Assembly (NCBI GenBank): GCA_951406725.2
Contig: OX597814.1
Location: 104,036,001 to 104,100,000 of the forward strand
Direction of reading: 5' to 3'
Length of the DNA stretch: 64,000 nucleotides
DNA from: Octopus vulgaris
Lineage: Eukaryota
In this document: in pieces, positions 12,957 through 26,702 of the stretch
Numbering within the stretch: position 1 is the first letter of the stretch
Layout: every line of letters begins with the position of its first letter
Notes under the pieces: generated by a model
The model's input: the letters and a program-made list of their open reading frames with translations, nothing else
The model's database searches: none
Told to the model about the DNA's origin: nothing
Position numbers and translations under genes: made by a program

Positions 12957-13160
12957 GATGGCCGTCCACTCGTAACTGAGGAAGACCATTGCTGACCTTC
13001 AGGAACATTGTGTGCCCTAGGACTAGTCTATTATCCAACAGACTGCACACATGCCGGTGCAAGATGTCTGGTGCCAATATGAGTCGCAGGCTCAGATGTG
13101 AGAGCGCCATGATCTCTAGCACAAACCAAAGATCCATCCTGGAATTACACCATCCCAGAA
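12957..13160 (-). mobile_element. Possible 3' end of a different RTE-like LINE embedded in (TACA)n
   Basis: GC-richer island ending ATGGTCTTCCTCAGTTACGAGTGGACGGCCATC, resembling RTE tails from recall. Single copy in the window. Confidence 0.3.
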
Positions 13161-13161
13161 T

Positions 13162-13354
13162 TACATACATATATGCATGCATAAATACATACATACATAC
13201 GTATGTACATACATACGTACGTACATACATACGTACATACATGCATACATACATACATACATGCATACATGCATATATACATACATACATACATACATAC
13301 ATACATACATACATGCATGCATGCATGCATACATACATACATACATACATACAT

Positions 13355-13390
<36 letters not shown>

Positions 13391-13922
13391 GTGGCTCGAA
13401 TGACTTCTGATCTTAACTGATTGGAAGTGTTATCATGTACATTATTTTGTCTTGGTATAAAAGATGGACTGCAGCAAATATTCTGCTCAATATCCCAAAT
13501 TTGTTTGTTGTTCGACCTTAACTAGTTGAGCATGTCCCTTAGTGGCTGACGATTTGTGCATCCCCGATCACGAGCAGAAATAGTGGGGGATCATCGTAGC
13601 CGTGTATTGAAAGGAATTCTTAGAGGTTTGAATAATTCATGTTTGGAAACATGGGTGGTTTGTTCAACATCCTTAAACAACCCTTATTCAGGGACCTTTT
13701 GAGTGAGATGGGTTATTCAACGTGAAGAAAATTCCCACTGGGCCCACCTGCATGATCATATGCTGTTTATCTTGATATGAGATCACCGTGTCGCGCACAT
13801 ATGTTTGTGATGCATGATTGCTTGACAATTTCTAACATCTATGTATTAATTTTGTTGGGTACCTATCTAGCAGTATATTGGATATATATTATCCCATGGT
13901 GGGTTGAATTTTCAATATACCA

Positions 13923-13988
<66 letters not shown>

Positions 13989-14288
13989 AATACACACACA
14001 CACATTTGTATATATATATGAATGTATATGTATATACATATCTACATATACATGTGTCTGTGTGTATGTATATACACACACACACACACACATACACACA
14101 CACACACATACACACATACACACACACACACCTATGTATGTATATATATACATGTATATATATTCATGTCTATATTTAAAGAATATATACACCGCTTATT
14201 GCCATCTCATCCACTAAAACAAGATTTCTGGAACCTGACCTCCTTACTCCAAGCATACACACAGACATATGTGTGTGTCTGCACATAC

Positions 14289-14319
<31 letters not shown>

Positions 14320-14782
14320 GTGTGTGTGCATGAGTGTCCCTACTCACATGTGCGTAAGTATAAGATTGTTTACATGTTTAAATGCCTCTATTTAAAGCTT
14401 CCATATTCCACTTGATGGAATCAGAGACAAAAACCAAACCTACTGCAATAAATGGAACCAGCACTTGTGTCATTCCTGCTTGTGTCACTCTCCTTGCATG
14501 CACCATTGCTGCAATTGCATCACTGTGTATGCAATGTTTCACACAAAGAACTTTCTAAGTGCACACAGACTGCACAGTTGTACTGAGACGCATTCAAATA
14601 CCTTTACGTATCCGTCTTTGTGGGCATGTGCGAGCCTACATATATACATACACATGCATTCACACATACACACACATACATTTATACATATATACATATA
14701 TACATATATATGTATGTATGTATATGTGTGTCTGTGCATGTGTGTATATATATATATATATACACACACACATACACACATA

Positions 14783-14832
<50 letters not shown>

Positions 14833-14869
14833 GATAGATAGATAGATAGATATATATATGTATACATAC

Positions 14870-14937
<68 letters not shown>

Positions 14938-15136
14938 ATGTAATCATATATGTATGCTTATATGTGTGTGTGTGTATGTATGGATGGATGGTTGGATGGA
15001 TGTAAGTAAGCTTGTACACATGTTTCTATGTGTTTGCATGTATGTATTATGTTTGTGTGTATATATGTACATATGAATGTATGTATGGATGGACGTTTGT
15101 AAGCATGTATGTATATATATATGTATGTATGTATGT
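13162..15136. repeat. Microsatellite-rich tract: (TACA)n, (CA)n, (AT)n, (GATA)n
   Basis: Direct inspection; interleaved with short non-satellite segments. Confidence 0.9.
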
Positions 15137-15252
15137 AGGTCTTTTTGGTTCAGTGAGCAGGTAGTTCAGCATTTTTATCAATTAGGCCATTTCACTTTAA
15201 CATATATATCTTTATATATTTATCTATGTGTGTTTTAGACAAATATTTGCTG

Positions 15253-15286
<34 letters not shown>

Positions 15287-15517
15287 TATATTTCATATAC
15301 ATTAAATATATATGTGTTTGTGAGTGTATGTATGTATGTACACACACACATATATATATATATATGTCATTTGGATATACAAATGGAGTAAAAGTACTCA
15401 ATACATGTAGATGAATTTATTTATTCATTCAAAGCTGATCATTCTCTCTGTCTCTCCTCAGACTGAAATGCCATATTCCTGCAACAAAATATAATATAGA
15501 TCTTAGATAATACAGAG

Positions 15518-15572
<55 letters not shown>

Positions 15573-15599
15573 GTCTCTGTCTGTCTGTCTGTCTGTCTT

Positions 15600-15631
<32 letters not shown>

Positions 15632-15676
15632 GGTAGTTAGATAGATAAGTAGATAGATAGATAGGTATGTAGATAA

Positions 15677-15737
<61 letters not shown>

Positions 15738-15840
15738 CAAACAGATAGACAGACACATACATACATAGAAAAAGAGAGAGAGAAAGAGATATAGATAGAT
15801 AGATAGACAGATAGATAGATAAATAGATAGATAGATTTAC
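15518..15840. repeat. (CT)n/(GATA)n compound microsatellite
   Basis: Direct inspection. Confidence 0.95.
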
Positions 15841-16403
15841 ATATATAAATATAAACATACCATATACTTATATACATATATACATATATTCATACATATG
15901 AATATATACAGGTAATAAATATAGAGATATATTTCAAGTTACATGAATATCTGAAAATTTAGGGATCAACTTAAAAAATACTTTGGGTTCCACCCCAACC
16001 CCCTTTTTTTTGTTCTTTGAAACAAAACTGAAAATTCTGTTGAACCAAAGATAAAAGAATTATATTCTTGTGGCGTGTTTGATTTCTCTTGATGTGGCAT
16101 TTTATAAGGTTTTTTTTTCTTTTTCTCTCAAACAATCATATGTTGCTCTCAGTTTTGGCAAAAATATATTTACAATGCATTTTTAATTGCTGTTATTGGC
16201 TAGTAATTAACTCTTTATTATCTTCAGTCTTCATATATTTCTCCTCGGAATATTCAGAATCCATTTAGAGAAAAATAAAATAAAATAAAACCAAAACAAG
16301 TAATTATTCAGAGCTTATAATATGCAGACGTTCTCTTTTCCATTGTGCATAACTAATCATAATAATAGTCTTGTATCTGGGCATCAAGATCTTTTATGTT
16401 GAG

Positions 16404-16465
16404 CCTCTCACAAGCAGTTTCCTCATTGGTTAAACCTCTTACAAGCAGCTTTCCCATTGGTCAAA
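16404..16465 (-). promoter_or_regulatory. Tandem CCAAT (NF-Y-like) boxes in a 31-bp duplication
   Basis: Minus strand TAACCAATGAG and TGACCAATGGG, 31 bp apart, in unique sequence. A third CCAAT lies at 16195-16199. Confidence 0.35.
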
Positions 16466-16717
16466 CATTATTTGCCAGCTATGTTCATACTAACACTTAT
16501 TCTGCTGCCTGCATTCACAACCTTTGTTCATTTAGTTCACAGTTTTACTCTTTCTTTTCAATATTTTCTTTTATATCCATTTTGCTATTTACCAATTTAA
16601 TTATTGCTCTCACATTCCCTTCCATTTCAACCAATTTATTTACCATTTACTTCTTGCTTCTCCTTCATTTTTCTATATTTCATTGTTCCTTCTATCTACT
16701 TCTGTGTCTGTGTCAAC

Positions 16718-16721
<4 letters not shown>

Positions 16722-16761
<40 letters not shown>

Positions 16762-16929
16762 CTCTCTCTCTCTCTTTCTCTCTCTCTCTTTCTTTCTCTC
16801 TCCTTCTCTCTCTCCCTCTCTCTTTCTTTCTTTTTTTCTTTCTTTCTCTCTCTCTCTCATTCTCTGTCTCTCTGTCTCTCTTTCTCTTTCTCTCTCTCTC
16901 CCCCTCTTTTTCCTTCTTTCCTTCCTTCT

Positions 16930-16960
<31 letters not shown>

Positions 16961-17025
16961 GTTCTCTCTCTCTTTCTTTCTCCCCCTCTCTCTCATTCTC
17001 TCTCCCCCCTCTATCTCTCCCTCCC
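16722..17025. repeat. Polypyrimidine (CT/CTTT)n tract
   Basis: About 300 bp of almost pure C/T. Confidence 0.95.
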
Positions 17026-18402
17026 TAGAGTTCTATGATGGTACTACGTCTCTCTAACCTATAGAATAATCTGCTTCTGTTCATTCAGTTCTTCCCACTT
17101 CAACCATTTATTTCCACCACTTGCCATCCTCTCCCTCTCAACTGTGTCCCTTCGTTTACTATTTTTCCTTAATTACTTCATTATCAACAAAACAAATCAA
17201 TTACAAACAAACAAACAAACAAACAAATAAACAGGTTCTGCATCTGTTTTTGTTCTTTTTCTCGTTAATACAAGTTGTCACAGCTGCTGTCTGAGCTGGT
17301 GAGGACATCAGACGACCAGATGGACTATTAACAGCTTGTAGCAGCAGCAACAGCAGCAGCAATGGTTTGGTGCACTTACCTATACATACATGCCATCATA
17401 CACTCCACTATAAATGCATACCATCATACAGTCCACCCAGTTGTATATGCATTCCTCCACACAGTCTACCAAGCTATCCATACACACACACACATTCCAC
17501 ATTAGTCCACCAAAGTACGCATACATACATACATAACATATACATACATAGCATACATACATACATACATACATACATACATACAGATATATATACATAA
17601 CACACACACACACACATTTATACATTCCACCTTAGTCCACCAAAGTATGCATACATATATATATACATAACGTACAAACATACATAACATATATACATAA
17701 ATTCATAACATACATACATAACATACACACACATACATACAAACATACATACATATCACACACGCATATACATTCCACATTCGTCCACCAAAATACGCAT
17801 ACATTCATACATAACTTACATACATACACACCCACACAAATACATACATAACACATGCACACACACACACACACACATACAAAAGAAATCAACCAACTGA
17901 TTCACACGTTACATTTACAAACTGTAAGTGGAACAGTAAAAATGTGCAAGACTTTTAAAGTGCAACATTGTTTTCGTTATCTCCATTCCAACGATGGAGT
18001 GTTGTATCTTTATTAGAAGCCAACTCTTTCCTCAGAGGAAGAATTTAAATGATTAAAAACAGAAGAGATCACACATACAATCTTTTGTATACTCCTCATC
18101 TTCCCATACCATTTCCTTTCAACGTCCATCCTTCATTCTTAACATCATTCCTCCCCACTTACATTTTACATTGATTACACTCTCTGTGCCACCAGTTATC
18201 TTTCCGTCTCCCCCTGAACTACATCCTATTGCTTTCATACTTCATTCATAGCTATCATTAATCAGTCCCTACCACCTTTGTTTCCCACTTACTACAGTCA
18301 CCCCTATGTATCTCTGACAACCTCCACCCTTATCATTATGTCTTTCTCTCTTTCTCCAATGACACACTTTACCCAGCCCACCCTACCTGTCATCTCTTTA
18401 AT

Positions 18403-18923
18403 CAAAATCAAAGTGAAAGTTGATGACGGGCATGAGCACCATGTGAGCGTGATCGTTGACAGAGTGGCTAACCGGCTTCCGTGCCAGTGGCACATAAAAG
18501 GTACCATTTGAGTGTGATTGTTACCAGCATCGCCTTACTGGCACTTGTGCCCCATGCTAGTAGGGTGCTAAGAGCACCATCTGAGCGTGATCGTTGCCAG
18601 AGCAACAAGCAGGCCTCCGTGCTGGTGTCATGTGGAGGTACCATTCGAGCGTGATCGTTACCGGCATCCCCTTACTGGCACCTGTGCTGGTGGTATGTGT
18701 AAAAGATTCGAGCGTGGTCGTTGCCAGTACCGCCTGACTGGCCCCTGTGCCGGTGGCATGTAAAAGCACCCACTACACTCTCGGAGTGGTTGGCATTAGG
18801 AAGGGCATCCAACTGTAGAAACTCTGCCAAATCAAGATTGGTGCAGCCATCTGGTTCGCCAGCCCTCAGTCAAACTGTCCAACCCATGCTAGCATGGAAA
18901 GCGGACGTTAAACGATGATGATG
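18403..18923 (+). mobile_element. RTE 3'UTR-derived repeat with multiple tandem internal units
   Basis: Repeated GAGCGTGATCGTTRCCAG units, core, (GAT)n tail. Confidence 0.8.
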
Positions 18924-19074
18924 CTTTCAACCCATTCTATACTGTCAGTCATCACTTCCTCTCCACTGAGCCACATCTATTCATGTTCATCCCTGCTTCT
19001 TATCTCCTTTCTCCCAAATCATATTTATCATCAACCACCCCTTCACCACTGTTCACTATCCATTATATTTACTC

Positions 19075-19285
19075 CTGGCAGAATCGTTAGCACGCCGGGC
19101 GAAATGCTCAACGGTATTTGGCTGCCATTATGTTCTGAGTTCAAATTCCATTGAAGTTGACTTTGCCTTTCATCCTATCGGGGTCGATTAAATATGTACC
19201 AGTTATGCACTGGGGTCGATGTCATCGACTTAATCCCTTTGTTTGTCCCCTCTGTGTTTAGTCTCCTGTGGGCAAAAAAGAAATA
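19075..19285 (+). mobile_element. SINE family B
   Basis: Matches 1451-1685; imperfect TSD TATATTYACTYCTG. Confidence 0.8.
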
Positions 19286-20204
19286 TATATTCACTTCTGC
19301 CCCATCTCTAATCCTTTCTCACCCCATACAATCGATACCTCCCTACTCTTCTCCATCTTCTGTCTTCATTTGCCGTTCTCTTCATTTATTTCTACTTTGA
19401 AGACATGATTTCTAACATTTCCTTACCACTTCCATCTTTTTTTCCAGTCTCCCCCTCCAATTATGACCATCCAATCACTCTTCTAAAATGTGAGGTCACC
19501 AGATACCTCCATGGACTCGTCCCTTCTATCAAGCCCTAGCATAAAGTCACTTCACTCTTTTTACTCCATTCCCAATCAGTTGAGGGAGGTCTTTAGTCTT
19601 GTGAGTTACATGGCAACCTCACTAGTGCTGGTGCCAGGAAAAATGGGGCTCGTTTCACTCAGTAAAGGGGTTGGCATTAGGATGCACATCCAGCCATAAG
19701 AACTGTGCCAAAACAAATATTGGAACGTAACTTGTTCCTCCAGTGCATCAGATACTGTTGAACGGTTCCACCCATGACAGAAAGGAAGAGAGATGTTAAA
19801 TGATGATGGCATTACACACACACACACATGTGTACACATGCATGCACATACTTACACTTTTCTCCATTTTGGATAAGAAATCTCATTGAAAAGTATTACC
19901 AACATTCCATGAGGCAGGTTTGATAATTCTTGAGAGATTTCTTTCACATGGAACCATTGGTAACCCTGTTAACACAAAGAATATTTATCCACCAATGCAG
20001 TGCTGAGCACTCATTCTCACTGTTTGATATTAGCAACCATACATACATAAATGCATGCATACATGCATGCATACATACATACATACATACTTACACATAT
20101 GCATACATACATACATACATACATACATACATACATACATACATACATACATACATACATACATACATACATACATACAAACATGCATACATGCATACAT
20201 ACAG

Positions 20205-20577
20205 GTATGGCTGTGTGGTAAGAAGCTTGCTTCCCAACCACATGGTTCCCAGGTTCTGTCCCACTGCATGGCACCTTGGGCAAAGTGTCTTCCACTATAT
20301 CCTCAGGCTGACCAAAGCCTTGTGAGTGGATTTGGTAGATGGAAACTGAAAGAAACCTATCATATATGTGTGTGTGTGTGTATGCATGTATGTATTTGCA
20401 TGTCGGTGATTGTCCCTCCACCATCACTTGACCACCGGTGTTATTGTGTTTACATCCCCATAGCTTAGTGATTCAGCAAAAGAGACCAATAGAATAAGTA
20501 CTAGGCTTACAAAGAATAAGTCCTGGAGATGATTTGGTCGACTAAAGGTAGTAAAATGACTGAAAAAAGTAAAAGAG

Positions 20578-20578
<1 letters not shown>
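20205..20578 (+). mobile_element. SINE family A, near full length
   Basis: tRNA-like head, (TG)n, body AGAATAAGTACTAGGCTTACAAAG, tail AGTAAAAGAG. Confidence 0.85.
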
Positions 20579-20639
<61 letters not shown>

Positions 20640-21080
20640 TATATATACATATGATACCTAGCTGTATAGTTTTGGCTTTGGTCCCAGTGTCCAGTAACTT
20701 AGGTAGTATCTTCAACTATGGCCCGGGGCTGACCAACGCATTGTGAATAGATTTGGTGAATGGAAGCTGAGAGAACTCTGTCATATGTGTGTATGTATGT
20801 TTGCATGAGTGTGAGTATGTTTCTATGTCTCCTTGCCTTGAAATTGCATGATAGTTGTAAACGAGCATCCCTGTCATACAAGCAGCGTCATTTATATGCA
20901 ATCTTCTGCAAAGACATCTCTGACCATGTGAAAACAGGTGAGAAACTCTAATTAATCCTTACGAACATGGGAAAGTGTCAAAATGTCAGACTCAAAAGAA
21001 TTGATGGATCCTTCAACTAATGTTGGACTGTTTTCACAAAAGCATACATGGTTCCAGGTTCAGCCCCTGTGTGTGGCACT

Positions 21081-21675
21081 CAGCTCTGTCGCATGAATTT
21101 TTGAGGCCTCCTGCAATTTTTTGGTGGGGCAGCCCCGTCCCTTCAATCAAAATTCATATTCTATGCTCCTTTTATTCATAGCTGTATTTTACTTTATTCT
21201 ATCTGAGGTTCAATATTTCATGTTATCCTAAAAGTACAACATGTTCAATCCATTTAGCTCTTTTACAAATTTCAGTCAGTAATCATTCCAGATATGAATA
21301 AAAGAGCATTTTTATAATCCAGGCAACTTTCAAAGACAAACACGGCACACTTTTCACTTCATGAAATCATTGATCAGTTCAGAATAATCAAGCTGAGAGC
21401 TAAGTTTGTGTTCAATAGATATCATAGACAATCCACAAAGTTTAGTTCACATTTGTAGTTCAATGTAATATTTTTACAAGAACTTTTGCAGGTACAATGT
21501 ATCACCATTTTATTTCTTGAAATTTTCAGTTAACATAAATAGTTCAATTCTTGTTCAACATCTTAACCAAAGTAAATAGATGACTCATCTATGTACTTTA
21601 ATCTTAACATGGGGCCTCTCAACCGCGGAGGCCCCCTATGATTGCAGGGGTTGCAGGGGCTTAGCAACAACCATG
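21081..21675 (-). mobile_element. Non-autonomous hAT element nested in a SINE A head
   Basis: Imperfect 8-bp TSD GTGGCACT/GTGGCATC and degenerate TIRs. Minus-strand LCGLSMISIEHKLSSQLDYSELINDF resembles the hAT dimerisation C-terminus. Confidence 0.65.
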
Positions 21676-21776
21676 GTGGCATCTTGAGCAAGTGTCTACT
21701 AATAGAGCCTTAGGACATCTAAAGCCTTGTGACTGGATTTGGGAGACAGAAACTGAGAGACCTGTCGTATACATAC

Positions 21777-21833
<57 letters not shown>

Positions 21834-21835
<2 letters not shown>

Positions 21836-22236
21836 CTCTTTACTCTTTTACTTGTTTCAGTCATTTGACTGTGGCCTTGCTGGAGCACCGCCTTTAGTTG
21901 AGGAAATCGACACCCAGGACTTATTCTTTGTAAGCCTAGTACTTATTCTATCGGTCTCTTTTGCTGAACCGCTAAGTTACGGGGATGTAAACAAACCAGC
22001 ATTGGTTGTCAAGCGATGTTGGGGGGACAAACACAGACACACAAACACACACCCATATATATACATATATACGACGGGCTTCTTTCAGTTTCCGTCTACC
22101 AAATCCACTCACAAGGCTTTGGTCGGCCTGAGGCTGTAGTAGAAGACACTTGCTCAAGGTGCCCCGCAATGGGACTGAACTCGGAACTATGTGGTTCGTA
22201 AAGAAGCTACTTACCACACAGCCACTCCTGCGCCTA
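21834..22236 (-). mobile_element. SINE family A, full length
   Basis: Reverse complement of the 20205-20578 family, with an intact head AGGCGCAGGAGTGGCTGTGTGGTAAG. Confidence 0.9.
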
Positions 22237-22237
22237 T

Positions 22238-22270
<33 letters not shown>

Positions 22271-22432
22271 TATATTGCTTCTGTAAGTTTGTTTATGGTA
22301 AACGTTTTTGAGTACACACATAAAAGCTCTTATGTTATTATGTCAGCTATGGCCCAGTGATTCCAACTTGCAACAACAATTTTATGGGTTCATCCCAAGC
22401 AGGGCCAATATAGCTGAATAAATATAGTAGAA

Positions 22433-22433
<1 letters not shown>

Positions 22434-22519
<86 letters not shown>

Positions 22520-22522
22520 ATA
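22434..22522. repeat. (AAT)n microsatellite
   Basis: Direct inspection. Confidence 0.95.
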
Positions 22523-22957
22523 ATCCAAGGAACCTATAAATATTTTAATGTTTTGCGAGGTGTGTTTCCACAAATCACATGGTTTTTCTGACCATAGTCT
22601 GCATATATATTCGCCATGCTGGACTGCTGAAAGTTTTTTTTCATTCTCTCTCTATTTCTTTTCTCTTATTCCTTTCTATTGATTAAAGAGTGAAGGCTCG
22701 AAATGTAAATGACTTTTTCATTTTCATGAACATCAAACTAATACACTTGCTTGTTGTTCATACACCTCTCTTTGTCATTTGTTTTTCTATAAATTTTAAC
22801 TATATAGGTCTCCTGCTTCTGAAAGTAAAAGACCACTCTTTTTTTCCTTCTCTAAGCGTCTATTTAATACTTAGCATGTACCTTGTCCTCACATTGTTGT
22901 TTTTTCTTGTTGCCTTTTTCTCCATTTTTTTTTATTAATTATATATATATATATACA

Positions 22958-23246
22958 TTTGAGCGTGGTCGTTGTCAGTGCTTCTTGACTGGCTCCCATG
23001 CAGGAAGCACATAAAAAACACCTTTTGAGCGTGGTCGTTGCCAGAACCGCCTAACTGGCTCTCGTGTTGGTGGCATGTAAAAGCACCCACTTCACTCTTG
23101 GAGTGGTTGGCATTAGGAAGGGCATCCAGCTGTAGAATCTTTGCCAGATCAGATTGAGCCTGGTGCAGCCTCTGGCATACCAATCCTCAGTCAAACCGTC
23201 TAACCCATGCCAGCATGGAAAGCGGACGTTAAACGATGATGATGAT
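22958..23246 (+). mobile_element. RTE 3'UTR-derived repeat
   Basis: Internal units, core, (GAT)n tail. Confidence 0.8.
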
Positions 23247-23262
23247 ATATTGATAGACAGAC

Positions 23263-23293
<31 letters not shown>

Positions 23294-23309
23294 TAGATAG
23301 ATAGATAAG

Positions 23310-23407
<98 letters not shown>

Positions 23408-24117
23408 TACATATACACATATATATCAATGTATGTCTTTGTGTCTATGATTGTTCCCTACAACTGCTTGACAACTGATGTTGGTGTGCTTATGTCCCCC
23501 ATAACTTAGCAGTTTGGCAAACGAGATCAATAGAACAAGTACCACGCTTTAAAAAAAATAAATACTGGGAACTAAAAATTCAAGGTGCGGTCCCAGCATG
23601 GCCACCTTGACTGAAATAAGTAAAATACAAACAGATAAAAGAAAAGAGAATAAAGGCATTAACACACATACATGCACACACACACACGTCTGTGACGTTC
23701 AGATTCACACTCTGTTAGTGTGGAGTGGCCTTCAGCAAGGGACATAACTCTGCTCATTCCAGTTTACCATTTTCTGCTCCTGGCAGAAGATGGAGACCAA
23801 CCCGAAGCTGTATTTCAATGACTGCAATCATATCATTTCATCAATAAAAACAGTATCAAATAAATTATTTAAAAATGAGAAACCATTATTATCATTATTA
23901 TTATTATTATCAACATGAGTAGTCTTTGAAACTACTCACTATAATACATACATAGGTGTGTGTGTGTGTTGGTGTGTAGGGGGTAGTAAATATCCTGTTT
24001 TATGTATGTATATTTTTTTTTATTTCACAAACATACATGTGTTTTTATATCATCACCAACATCATCATCATCATCATTGTTTTTTTTTTTTTCTGTGCTG
24101 TCATGGGTTGGATGGTT

Positions 24118-24349
24118 TGGCGGCGAGCTAGCAGAAACGTTAGCACGCTGGGCGAAATGCTTAGCGATATTTCATTTGCCGCTACGTTCTGAGTTCAAAT
24201 TCCACCGAGGTCGACTTTGCCCTTCATACTTTCAGGGTCGATTAACTAAGCACCAGTTACACACTGGGGTCGATATAATCGACTTAATCCGTTTGTCTCT
24301 CCTTGTTTGTCCCCTCTCTGTTTAGCCCCTTGTGGGTAGTAAAGAAATA
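24118..24349 (+). mobile_element. SINE family B nested in an RTE tail copy
   Basis: Matches the family; GGTTTGGC is duplicated at both ends. Confidence 0.85.
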
Positions 24350-25298
24350 GGTTTGGCAAGAACAGATGAGCCAGAGGACTCCACCAGATTCTATGTCTGT
24401 TTTGGTATGGTTTCCACAGCTTCATGTCCTTCCTAATGCCAACCACTTTACAGAGGGTACTGAGTGCTTTTTACATGATACACACACACACATACATACA
24501 CACACACACACAAATACACAAACACACACACATATGTCTTCTATTCATCTTTTTTGGACATGTTACCACGAGAGTAGGTTTTGGTCCCTAGTCATTGCCA
24601 TATTTACTTCTCTTTTTATGTCCACCATTCCACCTTCCACATCACTTTGATAGCCATAAAGTTCCTCCTCAACAATAAACCTGTTTCTACTCCCCACTCA
24701 TCATCCTTTAATCTCTCAACTCCTTGCTTAAAGCAACCACCTTCTTCTCCTAATCTCCCCTCTAAGTCAAGTGGGTCCTTCAGTCTCGCAAGTTACAAGG
24801 TAACCTCACTAATGTGGCTGTTGCCGCAAAAGTAGCAGCCATCGCTTCATGCTGCAAAGGGATTAGGGTTGAGAAAGGCATCCAGCCATAGACACGATGC
24901 AAAGCTGCCAAAAAAAAAGGGAGCATAACATGGTTTGTATCCTGCCAAACCATCCAACCTATGCCAGCATAGCAAAAACAGATGTGAAATGGTGATGATG
25001 ATGATGATGAGAAGGAGGAGGAGAGGAGGAGGAAGATGGTATACTTATATTTGACGTTGCTCTCCAGCTCCACCTGGGCCAGTGCTCGCCTCTCTTCTAT
25101 AAGCAATCAGTACAACTCTGTAAAATGGTTGGCATTAGAAAGGGTATAAGTCATACTGTAGCAGACATTGGTGCCTGATGCATGATGCAGTGCAAGTGTG
25201 CAACACATGCCAGCCTGATGATGGTGTGTGTCTGCATGTGTTTGTATTTGTATGTGTTTATGTGTGAGTATGTTTATATATATATATATATATATATA

Positions 25299-25528
25299 CT
25301 GCTATGTCTGGGGAGAGTCATTTTCTTTTTGTGTCTTATAATTTAACACACTCACTGGTAAAATTTCCACTTATTCTTTATTTTTATTTTCCTAAAATTT
25401 TTGTTGCATCTTGCAAGACGCAACGAAAATTTTAGGAAAATAAAAATAAGAAATAAGTGGAAATTTTACCAGTGAGTGTGTTAAATTATAAAGCACAAAA
25501 AGAAAATGACTTTCTCCAAACACAACAG
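25299..25528. repeat. Spacerless palindrome, about 115-bp arms
   Basis: Centre TCTTG|CAAGA at 25413/25414; arms are near-complementary. Confidence 0.9.
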
Positions 25529-25683
25529 AATATGCTTCAACACACGAACTCATATAAAGCATCTTGCAAACCAAATCCAAAAACGAAGTATACATACATA
25601 CATACATACATACATACATACATACATACATACACACATACACACACACACACATACATACATACATACATACATACATACAT

Positions 25684-25722
<39 letters not shown>

Positions 25723-25744
25723 CATACATACATACATACATACA

Positions 25745-25774
<30 letters not shown>

Positions 25775-25777
<3 letters not shown>

Positions 25778-25997
25778 TGGTTTCAGATTTGGTACAGGTT
25801 AGCAAATTTGGAGGAAGGGGTCAAATCGATTGTACTGACCCTCCACTTCTCAAATGGTACTTATTTTTTATCAACCCCAAAACGATGAAAGGTGAAGTCA
25901 ACCTCAGAGGAAATTTGAACTCAGAACATACAGACAGGTGAAATACCACTAAGCGTTTTGCCTGGCATGTTAATGATTCTACCAGTTCACTGCCTAC
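25775..25997 (-). mobile_element. SINE family B (diverged)
   Basis: Reverse complement of the family head and central domain. Confidence 0.7.
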
Positions 25998-26702
25998 GTA
26001 TATATTAACACTCATACACACATTCTTACACACACACACACATGTATTTCACCTTCCTTTTTAAATATATGTTTTTGTTGTTGTTGTCTTAAAGAATTAA
26101 AAAGCCTGACTAAGAGCAAGGCCAAACTGAAAATGTGCCGTCTCGCACATTAATTGTCATATCATAATATCCTGCCTTGATCCATTAACACACATTTGAA
26201 GTATGTAAATTAATGACTTCCTAAGACCCACCTTAATCAGCAGTTAATTAACCAGGAGTGTCTGTATCCTGACCTGAATTTTAAAAAGAGCACATTTTGG
26301 ATAACAAGGTTGACATAGATTTCCCAGCCTGGATGGTCATGAATGGAATGTCTATTTAATCAGAATTCAGTTGGATCAAGATTGACCAACATAAACAACC
26401 GACATTAATTTTCTTTTAGATTATTGATTTCAGGCCTTCGTTGTGAGGTTAAGCAATTCATTTAACAAACATGTGGAGTTGATTTTCAATCCTGCAGTAC
26501 AACACTTTGGGTCCTTGGTCGTCAACCACAGGCTTTGCTCAAGGAAAATTTGATAGACTGAAAAGCTGTGGAAGTCCATCCAAAAAGAGGCTGTTTCTAT
26601 TTTGAGTGATCCATTGTCCATTTAACACTACAAGGTAGTTTTCTGTCCAGTTAATGCAACCCTGCTCTGTTCTAAATATCTTGGTAAAGTTTCAGTTTAA
26701 CT

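Noticed and set aside
12787-15877. Many ORFs rich in YI, CV, HT and MYVC repeats (also at 42500-45590 and elsewhere)
   Set aside because: Translations of (AT)n, (GT)n and (TACA)n microsatellites, which lack stop codons; not genes.
16396-17057. 210-aa hydrophobic Leu/Ser ORF and Arg/Glu antisense ORF
   Set aside because: Products of the (CT)n tract.
17493-17805. Three ~33-bp CATTCCACATTAGTCCACCAAAGTACGCATACA anchors with 100-115-bp spacers, superficially CRISPR-like
   Set aside because: Spacers are related microsatellite sequence, the context is eukaryotic, and there are no cas genes; this is an old tandem triplication.
23787-23850. Plus-strand acceptor, DGDQPEAVFQ* and AATAAA resembling a terminal exon
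   Set aside because: Very short, with no supporting upstream plus-strand exons; cannot be distinguished from chance.
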